64,000 bases of DNA from Paraspadella gotoi (lineage: Eukaryota > Animalia > Chaetognatha): the NCBI GenBank assembly GCA_051294375.1, contig CM119270.1:16270413-16334412 (forward strand), written 5' to 3'. Every line of letters starts with the position of its first letter. Position 1 is the first letter of the stretch. A program made the position numbers and the translations under genes. Below, one piece after another: positions 40,401 to 53,596 of the stretch. The notes under the pieces were generated by a model that searched no databases, was not told where the DNA came from, and saw only the letters and a list, made by a program, of their open reading frames with translations.

Positions 40401-40471
40401 ATGCTGAAGAAGGAGGTGGTGATGACGACGAACGAACCCGTCATCCGAAACAGTTGAGTCGTTAAACCCAT
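34405..40471 (-). pseudogene. Condensation-fold acyltransferase (AATase / PapA5-like), copy B, interrupted by a 4.4-kb satellite near the 5' end
   Basis: ATG at 40471 (MGLTTQLFRMTGSFVVITTSFFSIDYFRR...ILDGR) continues at ~35900 (RLG...LEAYFENIQLRG). ORF 34741-35277 has LLRRCRHHQCKLHATLQAV, STRGFANPPLADETIGVY and FWSFARSMNEEV, typical of the C-terminal lobe of this family. Confidence 0.7.
35973..40329. repeat. Tandem satellite array, about 9 copies of a ~470-bp AT-rich unit built from ~45-50 bp submonomers
   Basis: The marker CTCTCACTCTCAATAGATAAA recurs at ~36500, 36968, 37449, 37908, 38381, 38863, 39330, 39808 and 40273. Confidence 0.92.
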
Positions 40472-41793
40472 CACTGATTTTTGTTTTGAAGGATTTTTAG
40501 ACTCGTTAAAAAATAGGGAAAAAAAAAGGGAAAAAGTTTTCGAAGAGGATAAGACTAAATGTGAGAGGAATGGACTTTAAACACTGAATCAAAGTTAGTC
40601 TGAAATTATTTAATAATTACTAATAATTAACTATTGCTTAAATAATAACGAACCTAAATTTCTTTGTGAAGTAATTTGCAATCAAAAATTAGGACGTAAC
40701 AATGACATGATCAACTCACCCTGAGTTTTTGTTTCCAAGCTCTTTTTTTTTTTTTTGGAATCGTAACAAACGAGTAACGGAAGTTGATTGATGCATTTAT
40801 AATGATTATATAATATTATATTATATTTATAATGATTAAATGAACAAACATTGCCAAAGGCCAAACGGTCAATTTTTTTTTGCCAACCTTCAGTGGAGGA
40901 GTCAATGAAGAAGTTGAAATCATGAGCTTTCTCTTAAGCTTATTACACTTTAATCTTTACATCCAAACCCTTTTATTATCATGTTTTAACTTTCATAAAA
41001 TTATAATCTTTAAATTTTAGAATCAATTCACATTATTTTATACCATGAAAATTTGCAAATTACTTGTTTCACTATTTATATTTCATGAAGGATTTAGTAT
41101 TTAATCTATATTATTTAAACAAATATATATTGCTTTCTTTTTTTAAAAAATGTTTCATTTATATCTAATAATTCAATTTGGGAAGGGAAAGTCAGTGTTG
41201 TCTTCTGGAAATAGAAGGAGCATCTATACAACACAAGGTTTTTCTGAACCTAAAATCGAATATTCTTTAGGCTTTCAGCTCCGATGCGTATTTTTTTCCC
41301 TCTTCTTTTCTCCTTTTCTTTTTTCTTCTCTTTCCTTTTTTTTCCTTTCCTCCGTTTCCTCCGGAAGGTCAAGTTTTCTTTTAATGTTTACCTCGAAATT
41401 CTGACGTCATCAATGCGACTGAAGAGGCCCTGGGGACTCACGGTCCCGTGAATACTGAGAGGAGGGGAAAGAGATGGTAAGGAGATGGGGAGGTGATGGG
41501 GAAGAGATGGGGAAGAGATGGGGAAGCAATGGGGAAAAGATGGGGAGGTGATGAGGAAAAGATTAAAAGGAGATGGCGAAGAGATGGCGAAGAGATGGCG
41601 AAGAAATGGGGAAGAGATGGGGAAGAGATGAGGAAGCGATGGGGAAGAAATGGGAAAGAAATGGGGAATATATATGAGGAGATGGTAAAATGATGGGGAA
41701 GAGATGGGGGAAAGGAGAAGAAAAAAGAGGTGAGCATGATGTTTAAAAAAGAAACAGGAGAGGAGGAACCACTAAATGCAGAAAAGAATTTTA

Positions 41794-41866
<73 letters not shown>

Positions 41867-42677
41867 TTCTCTCTCTCTCTCTCTTCCCCTTTTTCTCGAG
41901 CCGCTAATATCCATATAATCCTCGACGCCATCATCAATCTTTATCAACGTCTTGTTATTAAACTCGAGGACGAGAGAGAATCTAATAAAGCCCCACGTGA
42001 AAATATTTGTTGTTTTAGGGTCAAAAACCGGAGGGTGTTGTTGTTGTTGTCGTTGTTGTTGTCGTTGAATCTCGTCAAATGTTGTCGTCAGGGATGAGAA
42101 AAAGAAGAGCTGAGGGAGAAAATGGAAAACAAATTAGTTGACAAAGGAACGACTCGCTTCGTCTTATTTTTTTCCTACTGCCGAGGAGAGAAGAATAATA
42201 ACTGCTATTTATTTATGATGAAATGCGATTTAGAATTCCACGTTTTATTGGGACAAACGTTTCCCGCCAATTAATCAGAGTAGATTATTACATTTCGCTA
42301 AAGTTCATGTTTTAAAATTGTTTCTTACACTAAGAAGTAAATTAATTTTTTTATCTTCAGTATTCAAGATTAGAATGCCGTTCGGGGGACAAAAACTCCA
42401 AGGAGAAAAACATAATTAATTTCGTCTAACGTTTAAAAATGGCTGCTTGGTGTAACAAAGTCGCCGTAGAAATCGCAAAAGGGAACGCATCAAATCAAGA
42501 TACACGAATATAATTAAATAAATTAAAAAATTAAATTATGGATCAAAAGCCAAAAACGGATTTGGGATCCAGAGAAAAGAAAAGAAAATCCAAGTGAGAT
42601 CTTCGACTGGCATCTACTAACCTTTGACTATTGAATTAATTAAATATTTAATCGGGTAAATTAATTATCGAATCAGG

Positions 42678-45600
42678 ATGACCCTCTCGCTCTCATACGA
42701 GAGAGAAGCGTCGGAGGAAAACCTTTTGGTGAAGAAGTTGGGTGATAATTTAATTTATAAATAAATATAAACTATACTAATCTATATATAAACAGTTATC
42801 TTCTTTTTCCCCCCCCAAGACGAACGAACAATCCCGTTTCTTCTCCGTGAAAGAATTCTCTACCTCGAGAGAAACGTTGCGATCCGTTTGGGAGGCCGGA
42901 GTCACCAAGGAGTCGCTGTCCAGATGGTCGAGACGATTCGTCAACGCCGGCGACAACGCCAATCTGACCAGGCGCACCAAGAGCACGGTCGCGCTCTCCT
43001 TCGCCACGGAGGGTTTGGCGGGAGGACTCGCCCAGGAGATGGACGAAAGCTTCGGTTAGTGAGAGCGAGCAGGTCGCTCGCATGAGTTTCAAAGATTTAT
43101 ACAACTGTATTAATAAATGAATTAATGTCCTTATTGCAGTGACGTAATTTTCGTTTCTTTTGCAAAATTCGAAAAATTCGGCTTTTTTTTGGAGTTTGAT
43201 TGTATCTCAGTTGATATGAGAAATTAGCGAAATCTATTCTTTTAGCAACCCTCAGTCCAACGTAATCTCAGATTTCGGTTGGGAGGAAGACCGCATTACT
43301 TGTTATCTTGTATTCTGTTGCATGTCATTTGCTATCGGATCTTGCTTCATCTTTGGTTATAACTTGTGCGACCTCAGCATCATGATAAATATACTTTTCT
43401 ATCCAAGGTTTGTTGAAAAACGTGAAATATTTTTTGTTATTTATTGGAAATCATCAACATACCTCCATAGAATGAGAATTTTGAAACTAATTTCTTCGCA
43501 GATTTACGGACAGAGAAGACAAAAACTCTGTGGATACCAGCGTGGCAAAACAAACAGTTTTTCTCTGGCAATTGACAATAGCTTCGTTCTTCGCCGGCTG
43601 CCTCTTCGGTTGCGTGGGTGAGGTGATAGTCAGCAGTGAAGTATTTAGAATAATTCGATAAAGTTTTTAAAGTTTTAAAGTTTTTAAAGTTTTTAAAGTT
43701 TTTAAAGTTTTTTTCCCGGCCAAAAAATATATTTGACAAACCGCGACAATTTTTTTTTCCCATCATGGTACATGGGCTAAGAAAGTTATTGTAGTCATGT
43801 AGTAATGTCATGTCACGTCATGTCATTTCATGTCATGTCATGTCACAAAAAATATACGCGATAAGGCAGTTACTGCGGCGCAACACATTTGAATTACCGT
43901 TCTTGTTGATAAATACTTGGCTCAATTTTCTTGACAGGATCCGCGTTTCTGAGCGACCGTTTGGGACGACGAAAAGCGAATATCCTCAATCAATTTCCCA
44001 CCATTTTGAGCGGAATTTTAAGCCTGACCTCTTTCTACATCGAATCTCCCGAGCTGCTTATCGTCAGCCGGTTCCTGGTCGGAATCACTGGTGGCGCTGG
44101 ATTCAATTACGTTCCTCTTTATCTCATAGAAATCGCTCCCACCAAATACAGAGGTAGAATTTAGTCTCTTTTGGATTCGTAATTAATCAATATGAAATCG
44201 TTTAAAATCGTTAATTCTTCTTTCAGGAGGAATATCCGCAGTCGCGGCAATGACTGTCTGCTTCGGAATCTTGGTCGCTCAAATTTTATCGATGCCTCAA
44301 GTTTTGGGCAGCGAAGAGTTGTGGCCTTACCTCACGGGGTTCAATGTGATTCCTGCGAGCATTTCGTTGCTCCTTTTGCCCTTTTGCGTCGAGAGTCCCA
44401 GGTAAGTCACTTGAAGCCAACAATTGTGGAAATTACATGACGCAAAGTATTGATATTGCGACCGACTTTATTTTGATGAAAGCTAAAACGCGACGTTGAG
44501 GCAAAATTTACAGATGACTTAACTATTTTTTAAATGATAAAATAAGATAGATAAGTAATAAACTATTAAAAAAAAAAAAAAATAAATAAATAAATAAATA
44601 AATAATAAATAAATAAATAATAAATAAATAAATAAAATAAATTAAATAAATAAATAAATAAAATTAAAAAAAAAATTTAAAAAAAAAAATACGCCCTTAT
44701 TTATTAATTTTTGAGGTATCTCTACATCATCAAAAATGACAAGAAAGGAGCTGAGTCGGCCTGGCGCCGCCTGCTGGGCAGAGAAGACGTCTCCAATCGA
44801 ATTAAAGAGATGGAAATTGAAAAAAAGATGCACGAATTAATGAAATACAGAATCGTCGATTTATTTTCGGACAAGAACACGCGATGGCCGCTTTTTATGG
44901 CTTGCATATTGCGGGTACGATGGTTAGTCAGAATTCTTTTCATACTTAAATGTAATATTCTTGATTTTAAAATAAACTTTTCAAACTTGAATATACTATA
45001 TAATCTGTCCTAATCGTCTTGTTATAATTTTCGGCCCCCGATTTCAGTTATTGCTTCATTGTAGCGGCGTTGACGCTATTCAGACATATTCTGGGATAAT
45101 CTTTAGTGATATGGGTTTGTACATAAATTTTAAATTTATATAACAACGGACCATTTGCTTTTGAACAATATCTTCATCAGGTGTAAAAAAAAGCATCATT
45201 CCTACTGTAATTGTCGCCTTGGGATTGATTAATCTTATAGCCGTATGGACCAGTTTGTTTTACATTGACAAATTAGAGAGAAGAAAATTTCTTATAATTA
45301 TTTGTTGTGTGACTATAATTAATTTCATCGTCTTGACTATAAGTCTAGTTTATGAGGTTAGTAAATATCAAATTAAATTAAAACCACATGTTTTTTGATA
45401 GGAATAAATATTTTAGCAAAGGCTTCCGCACGAAAGTAATAGAAAATCTTCAGACTACTCAAACAATGCCGGACACAAAAAGCTATTTTTAATGATCACT
45501 ATCATTGGCTGTATTGTTATTTATCAAATCTGCACTGCAATCTGCCTCACGTCAATTCCTGCCTGCATATCGTGCGAGATATTTCAACAGGTTGCTTCAA

Positions 45601-46247
45601 GATGCAATAATTGATTGACACAATTAGATTCATCGAAGTATCCAACTTGAGTCGCCAGACTAGTATATAGTATATACTAATATATATAGTATATACTAAT
45701 TTCTTTAGGGAACCCGATCTGCGGCTATATCGTTTTCCCAAGCTGCGGCTTTTCTCTTCAGATTGATTCTTTCTGCTACATTTTTGTGGATAAAGAGTAA
45801 ATGAAATGATTAAGAAATATGAATGATAAAATGAAGAGGACTATATGTTAAATAATGATAAAAAAGAGAGTAATTCTAGGCAACACGAAAAGTCGATTAA
45901 TAATAGGTATTTTAATGTAAGTTACGTCTAACGATATCATCCATTTCAGACGCGCTCGGTCCCTTCACATTTATTCCATTCATTGTCTTGATTGCTGTCA
46001 TCGCCCTCTTCATTTTCATTTATGTTCCGGAAACAAAAGACAAATCGTTTAATACCATCAGCTCACAGGCAAGAAAAAAAAAGATACTACCGAGTAGTTT
46101 AAGTGTATGACCATATTAGACCCCCCCAATGGTATCCAAAAAAGTCAATAATTGGAGCAAAAACCTAAAAAACTTACTCCTCAGATCCAGCACGGGCGAC
46201 CAGTGGTTCAATGTTGCACAGGCGAGTCAAAGCCAGGCGATGCTTGA
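42678..46247 (+). CDS. SLC2A/GLUT-like MFS sugar porter paralog 1 (about 13 exons, a few indels)
   Basis: Exon 1 42678-42728 (MTLSLSYEREASEENLL), exon 2 42820-43054, then sugar-porter motifs FGYN, SDRLGRRK, SRFLVGI, YLIEIAPTKYRG, CVESPRYL and VPETKDKSF. Last exon 46185-46247. Confidence 0.88.
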
Positions 46248-47702
46248 CACGGTCAACATCAAAACGAATTTCCAGCATCTGACACGGATAAGTCTTGTTT
46301 AATAAATTTTTAAAATGTTAAGTGTAAATATATATATTTTGTGATTTTGTCAAGAATAAAGACAAGGATCTAAGTTATTGTCTTTCTTATACTGATTAGG
46401 TTTATACATGGACTTTTTAATCGTCCATCACTATTTATAAAACGTTCTTGCTATAATTTTTTTTGCCTTAAAATTTAGGACTGTAGGTGTAATGTCTATA
46501 TATAAGTCGCTGGCCGACGTCGAAAGTTTCTTCTTAGTACAATCTGTACTCAACTAGTGGCTGCGCCAATACATGTAAATCGCTTTCAAGGGCCTTAAAC
46601 TGAATTGTTATTGAGGCACTAATAACATTTTGATACTTGAAAAAATATTTTATAAATAAAAAAAATATTATTTTTGCTATTTTCGTGAACATCTCGTAGG
46701 TGGATATAAAATTTATTTTGAATATTTTTTTGTCTTACAAAAAGCCTTCTTCTTTGTAGAGGCTTTTTAGTAGAATAGGGTAAAAACACAAAAAAATTTA
46801 ATAGGACAGCTCTTTGGTTAAAAAAAAAGATTAAAACCTTTGGTAGATATACAAAAACTAAATTTTATTGCTATTTTGTATTTAAAAATACTCTTTTGTT
46901 TAAACAGCCATCTGGATTATTAGGATTAAAACACATAAAAAATAGCTATTTTGTATAAAGAAATGCAAGTGAAGATCTTATGAGTACAGACAGAAGAGCA
47001 AATTTCTATAGAAAGTAAAGAGAAAATGTTAATAATAGAGAAAATAAAAAACAATCCTCCTAGTAAGAAGGAAAAGTTAAATAGGGAAAAAATTTAAAAA
47101 AAAAGTGTACAATTTCAAGGGGTAAAAAAATTCGTAAGGGGTAAGTTTTTAATATTTTGTAAAAAGTCGGTATTTTCAAATAGCAATAAAAATCTTAAAA
47201 ACTTAATATTTAATAGGAGTCTACGTCGTTCTTAGAGATCGAGGAAGACTTTTTCAATTAGGGAACCACTATGGTTTAATTTTAAATATGGGTATCAAGC
47301 AAAATATTTTAGATGTTTTGACGTTTATTTAACCATTAATTTTTTTAAAAAAAAATTACGTAATACGTTGTGATTAGTACATCGAAAAATGGTTGTCTCA
47401 GCCGAATAAAATTACACGTACAAAAGTGCTCTTCCTTCTCCTATAGAAAAAGAATGTCTTTTTCCTCACTCTTTATATAGAAAAATAAAAAGCTTAAATA
47501 TATCAATCAATTGATATAAAAAAGTTATTACTTGCTTAGTGGATATTCGCTGCTTAACTTTACAATCACATTTAGGTTGCTTGGTCGGTCTGTCTGTTGT
47601 CTGTCCACTTATATTTTAAATACGAAAACCAAAACTTTTTAGATACTAACAATTAGGTCCTTTAATCAAAAGGTCAACGTGATATAAATCATCTAATACA
47701 TA

Positions 47703-49387
47703 GTAGACCTCCAGAAATATCATACATTATGAAATTCCTGATACCTGCAAAGTTTCTTGTGCCAAATTTAGTGGAGAAAACGAATACTACAATAAAAAAA
47801 TTTCCCGGAGCTTATTGGATTTTCCACCGCCAGTTTTTGCGTCGAACCACTTCCGGTTTTAAAAAATTCAGATTTTTTGAAAAAATGAGCTGTTTTTCCA
47901 GCCAGCATACTTAAATTAATCTAAATAAAGTTACTTAATAACCTTAATATTACATTTTTTTTATTTGGTTTTATTATTAAGGTTATAAAAATATTAATTA
48001 CAAAAAGGCTTCAAGTTAAAAATTCAGAATTTTTTAAGCCAAATTGGCCCTAACCAAACTACTCACTATTTTAATAAAATTTACTATGTGGTTAAACAAA
48101 TATAACTGTCAAAAGGATATTGATATTGGCCTTTAAAAAGTTTACCAAGTGATTCAAAAAGAAGTAGCGGAATTAGATGGAAGGCGACTTGCCCTTTGCA
48201 GCTAGCAAGCCTCTCACTCAACCCTAACCTAAACCGGCCCTAAACAAACCTTTAATCTTAATCAGTTCCCTAGCTTGAAATCTAACCTAACCCAACCCTA
48301 ATGTGGGCTTCTTGTCTCACCCAAGTCTGAATCTTAACCCGAGCAACCTCTCTCTACCTAACCAAGCTAGTGTACTTCCTGCTGAACCTTAACCCCAAAC
48401 CGGTCTCGATCCAAACTCTAACCAGTATCCCTGGCTGGTAACATCTGCAGAGAGCCACTTCCTTAGCCCTAACCCTAATCTAGGCCTCCTGTTTTAAATC
48501 ATGCTAGAACCCTAACCCCTGCATCACTCCAGAGACTCTCTACCAACCCTTACTTCAGCCTGAGGTTCACCACTGAGCCTCAACTGAGGCATCCCTGCCT
48601 CCTGGCCATCAATAAGGCTAAACTTATATTTAATTTCCTTCCCCAGTAGCTTCCTAACCCTAACCAAGCTTCCTGTCCTTTTCTGAGCCGTCCAAATTGC
48701 ACCTTAATCATGACAACTGGTCAAATAATAATTTTGCTGTTAGCTTGTACTAGGACATTAAGATTAGGGTTGAGGCTTGCAAATAATAAAAGGCCTGGCT
48801 AAGGTTTAGGTTGGGGGAGAGGTTAAGGGTTAAGGTTGAGTGGGAGAGCTTGCAAGCCACAAAGACCAAGCGACTTCTATCTAATTAGCTTCTTTCTTTT
48901 TATATCATTTGGCAAACTTTAAAGACCCATATCTTGGCTTAAGGATTAAATATTAAAAACCCCTTAGAGAGTTTCTCTTGTATTACCAAATCATACTTAC
49001 CAATAAATTCTTATTAGAATTAGTTAGAGTAATTTGGTCAGGGACGATTTAGCCTAAAAAAATTAATAATTTCTAATTTTAAGTATTTCATAATAATAAA
49101 TTTTAAACCTTATTTATAAACCACAACAAAAAACTTAGTAATAAGGTTATAATAACATTATTTTGATTAATTTAAGTATGCTGGCTGAATAACAGCTCAT
49201 TTTTTTCCAAAAATTCTAAATTTTTAAAACCGGAAGTGGTATGACGCAAAAACTGGCGTGGAAAATCCATCAAGAGCATTCAGGGATATTTTTTTATTGT
49301 TATATTCGTTTTCTCCACTAAATTTGGCACAAGAAACTTTGCAGGTATCAGGAACTTTCAAAATGCATGGTATTTCTGGAGCTCTAT
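47703..49387. mobile_element. Non-autonomous foldback/MITE-like DNA element with ~530-bp imperfect inverted arms and a telomere-like core
   Basis: TTCCTGATACCTGCAAAGTTTCTTGTGCCAAATTTAGTGGAGAAAACGAATA (~47735-47786) has its exact reverse complement at ~49303-49354. Arms align inward to ~48235/48822. TACATA direct repeats flank the element (47697-47702, 49388-49393). Confidence 0.85.
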
Positions 49388-49486
49388 TACATAGTTATAC
49401 TTAATAAATGATTAACCATAAGATGGTTGTGGTGAATATGTTTTATAGAATAGTCATATGTAAAAAAGTGTTTGTGGCGTTCGTGG

Positions 49487-50686
49487 TTTCACCTGGTCGA
49501 ACTGTTTTCTAGAGAAAATGTCGATAATAAAAATATAAGACTTTTATTGTACAGCAAATATTTTCTCTTGGCAAAACAGTATTTGTAAGATTTAAACAGA
49601 AAACTAAATACGATCGAAACATCTCTTTTAAAATTGAGGCGGGTGGCAAATATGACCATAAAATGAACTGGCCTAATGTGGTCAAATGGCGAAAGAGAGA
49701 TTCGACCGTCAATATGGTTAAATAGTGAATTATTGACAAATATACAAAGATATTGATGGCAAGATTGGAAAAATAAATATTTTTTGTTGTTATGCAAACA
49801 ATGTTATAAGAAGCAATCAATGACAAAGACAATCTTCGGAAAAACTATCTGAGGCAAAAAATGTTGGACAAATAAGAGAGATGTCAATTGGAAGTTTGGG
49901 CACATGGAACTCATCATGAAGCGACGTAGGTATGATGTAGCTTATCGCAGGCGCCGCAACGGCCCTCTGAATGGCAAACTTCTTCAAGTGTCCTCTCGTG
50001 AACAACGGAAACAGACCTTCGCTTTTGACGACTCACTTTCGGACATCGGAGTCAAGTTTCGGGACAGCGAGAAAGAGTGATTTTGGTCACATTTATAGCA
50101 AGAGATCGCTATTTTACGTTGCATTGAATGAACATTTTGCGTCGGTGATGTCAATGGAAATTACGCCGACTGACGCCGATGAAAGGCTTGGGATGGCGAT
50201 GTAGGCGAGGCCAGCAAAGTTGTCGGCAGCGGCGTCGTCAGTTTTTGAAAAGAAGTGTCTCCTTCACGGAGATTTCCGGCTTTTAGGAGAGAGAGTTGTG
50301 ACGGTGGGCGGATTTATCACCCGTCCACTCCATTTTAGAAGCCGAGCTTCGATCATCTTGATTTCATTAACTATGAGATTGATTACTGTCAAATATATTT
50401 TTTTTTAAAGTTAACGACGAATCCGCGAAGCGATTGTCCTTATTTACTGCAAAGATCTTTCTTTTGTCTTCACGCCCGCGGAGACGAGCGTTCTTGATTT
50501 CACCCGGACAAAATGATTAACGTGATTTCCAAGAGAAAAAAGTCGTGATAAAAAATATGAGACTTTTATTGTACAGAAAATATTCAATTCGAAAACTCGT
50601 AATATGGAGTTTCTTCCGGGCAAAATGGTGAGAATTCCATGCAAAAACTAAATAAGATGGAAAAATCTCTGAAAATTGAGGCAGGA
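49487..50686. repeat. Pair of diverged direct repeats (~49487-49643 and ~50498-50686) enclosing a GC-richer segment
   Basis: The shared string TTTCACC.GG...AGAGAAAA...AGACTTTTATTGTACAG...AAAACTAAATA.GAT.GAAA...AAAATTGAGGC.GG appears in both. Confidence 0.65.
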
Positions 50687-52454
50687 GAGACAACTGACTG
50701 ATATATTGCTTATATTGAATATTTAATATATCTTAAAATATTTATTATTTAATAGATTATAACAATATAAAGCTATTAAAAAACATTTTAAAGTAATCAG
50801 ACAAAACTTTACCCTTTTTTATAATTTTTTTCCCTCGCGTTAAAATCATCTTTTCAGTCAGAATTTTTTTGCAATGATTTAAATATATTTTCTATTACTC
50901 AATAAAACTTAATATTTTACTATAATATTTATACCCTTTTCAAACATAACTGAAGGAAAAGTTTTTTTAAAACCTCTTCAAAATCATATTTCTTCATTAA
51001 CAGCTTTATAATGATACTGGAACGGTTCCCTAGTATTAATTATAATGATTTAGTTTAAGTTATCACGTGACTCAAGTAAGATACATATGCACATTAAAGG
51101 TCTTATTGGCGCCTTAACCTCCGACCAAATATGAATTCAGTTGATGCGATATTACCGAGTAATGTGCGTTTAAAATTTTAGGGGGACAAAGGACATATGC
51201 AGACTGACCGACCAACCAAAAGTAATAATTACAGAATTTTTTTTTAAATATTAAATTTTTTTGTGTTTATGAAGCTTCTCATCATTCCGTCATCACTCTT
51301 TTAGTACATATCAACAAATAATGTAATATGTGATTTTTACAGAGGAAGCAAATTTTAGCAAATTTTACAATTTCGGTTGAGTTCAACACATGATCGAAAA
51401 CTCATTAATCACGACGTCTAATCAAATTTTTGTATTTATTGCCAATCTAAAATGAAAGTAAAGACCTCAATCAAGATTTTAATATATCCCCATTTTCATT
51501 TTTTACCCTCTTCTGTAGTAATAGTTTGAGACTATTTCAATGGAGATTTTCGTCAAATCTGATACCAAACAATATAAACGCTCCTGGTAAAAATTCTGGT
51601 AAAATATCGATGTAAAAACACTTGATTCCAATCCTGTTGCATCTGAAGGGCTCGCATTTTTTTTTCTCTGTCAAATCATCAACATCTTGATACAAACAAG
51701 CCAGAACAAATAGACTGCTTCTGGACGGAAAAATTTTCCATCTCTATTTATAATGATAATGAAAGGGATTTTTTTCTTAAAACGATATCAACGTGACTTA
51801 GGTATGTTCCTTTCAACAAATGAGGTTCATTTTTGGAATCCTTTGGCAAAGTGCTGAAGGGCTCTCAAAATTTTCTTTACATTTATTAGGTTATTTTGAT
51901 ATGATACAATCATGGTAAAGTGAATTAGTCCAGTTTGGTGAAATTTTTATTTAAATTAAAAGTAAAGAGAGAGGACTAACGATTGGAATATCTAAGAGTT
52001 TTCACCGGAGAGTCAGCATTCGGGAAAAATCTTCTATGGCGAAAATCTTCAAAGAAGGGGTGAATTTCCGGAAGATTTGGTTAATATTTTCTATATTTTA
52101 TAGTCGGATTTTTTGAAACTTAATATTAACAATATTGCCATCATCTACCATGGCCCTGGCTATAAAAATATTAAAAAGCCTCGGGCTTTGTTCGTCAGAG
52201 CTTAGTCCTATATTTAATTTTCCTCTTTTAATTTTTCACAATGTTCTAGAAAAGATTTGACTAGCTTTGATAACTTTCCTTCAATTCTTTTGCGCCTACT
52301 TTAGACTCGAACGATAGGGAACAGAAATTTAGACTCCTCAGTTTCAATTGAAATGTTCCGTGAAACATTATTTCTTAAGTTTTGTAGGTCATTTTACTTC
52401 AATTTACTACAAAGCGTCGTTAAAACCTGTGAACTCTCTCTTTCTTAAGAAAAG

Positions 52455-53527
52455 ATGGGAAAAAAGAATCGCGTGAAACAATCGGTGAGAAAATTATTGA
52501 AAATTAGTTGTGTTAAAAGTTATATGAACATGAATCTGAATATCTGAATACATGCGAATATCTGAATACGAATCTGAGAAAGTTCCTTTTGAACTTTCTC
52601 GCAGACACGTCTGCTCCTGTCCGTACCGGACGCACCCAGCAACGTCGAAAGACCTAGCCTGCGCGGCGCGTGGGAAGCTGGTTTGACCAAGGAGACCCTC
52701 ACCCATTGGTCGCGTCACTCTAAAACCTATGGGGCCAACGTCAACAAAACGGGCGGGGCGCACAAGACGAGGAAAAAAGCCTTGCACTTTGCCAAAGATG
52801 GTTTGGCGGGAGGTCTCGCCGCGGAAATGGACGAGAGCATCGGTAGGCGGGAAATTTAAGGCGGAGTGGGGGGGGGGATTGAAATAATTATGTAAAAAGG
52901 TTAAGTGGCCAGTTTAAAGTCAGGGGTTAGATGGTTTTATTTATGAAGAGATTCCTTGGGGTTTATTTCGGCTTCGGCTGAGAACTTATTACGATAATCC
53001 TTTCATTTCGTTGCGTGAAATCCTTAATACTTGTTTTCAGATTTAGGATGGGAGGACGATCGAATCACGGGTTACCTCATCTTCTGTTCCATCGCGTTTA
53101 CCATTGGGTCCGCTTTCCTCTTTGGATACAACCTTTGCAATCTTAACACTCCCGCCTTGATGATCAACGAAACGTTTTTCATGAAGGTTTTTTTAATTTT
53201 TTTTTTGTTGATTTCTTTTGTTATTTTGTTATGGCGGAGACTTGAAGACGTTGGCAGAGCTGAGGTAAGAGGCCCCGCGACCTGGGCATCTTAGATGTTG
53301 AACTCGATGAAGACTCTTATACAGCGCTTCTAGCAGTATATAGAATAAAATTAGTAGAAAAAATAACTTAAAAACAATTTTTTTCTAAGGTTTATGCCTC
53401 GAGATATGGCACCACCGTTGATGACAAAAGCATTGGAGACCTCAGCGTTATCTTGTGGCAAATAACAATATCTGCCTTTATTGGCTGGTTGCACCATCGG
53501 TGGCATTGGTGAAAAGACGAGAGAGAG

Positions 53528-53596
<69 letters not shown>

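Larger units (their letters stand above)
33715..46251. repeat. Segmental duplicate block B, containing the satellite insertion
   Basis: Begins immediately after the 25-N gap with the sequence found at ~25390, and ends at the sequence that precedes the gap (gcttgacacg). Confidence 0.9.

Noticed and set aside
48220-48840. True telomere or chromosome fusion site
   Set aside because: The repeats are short, degenerate and enclosed in transposon-like inverted arms with flanking direct repeats.
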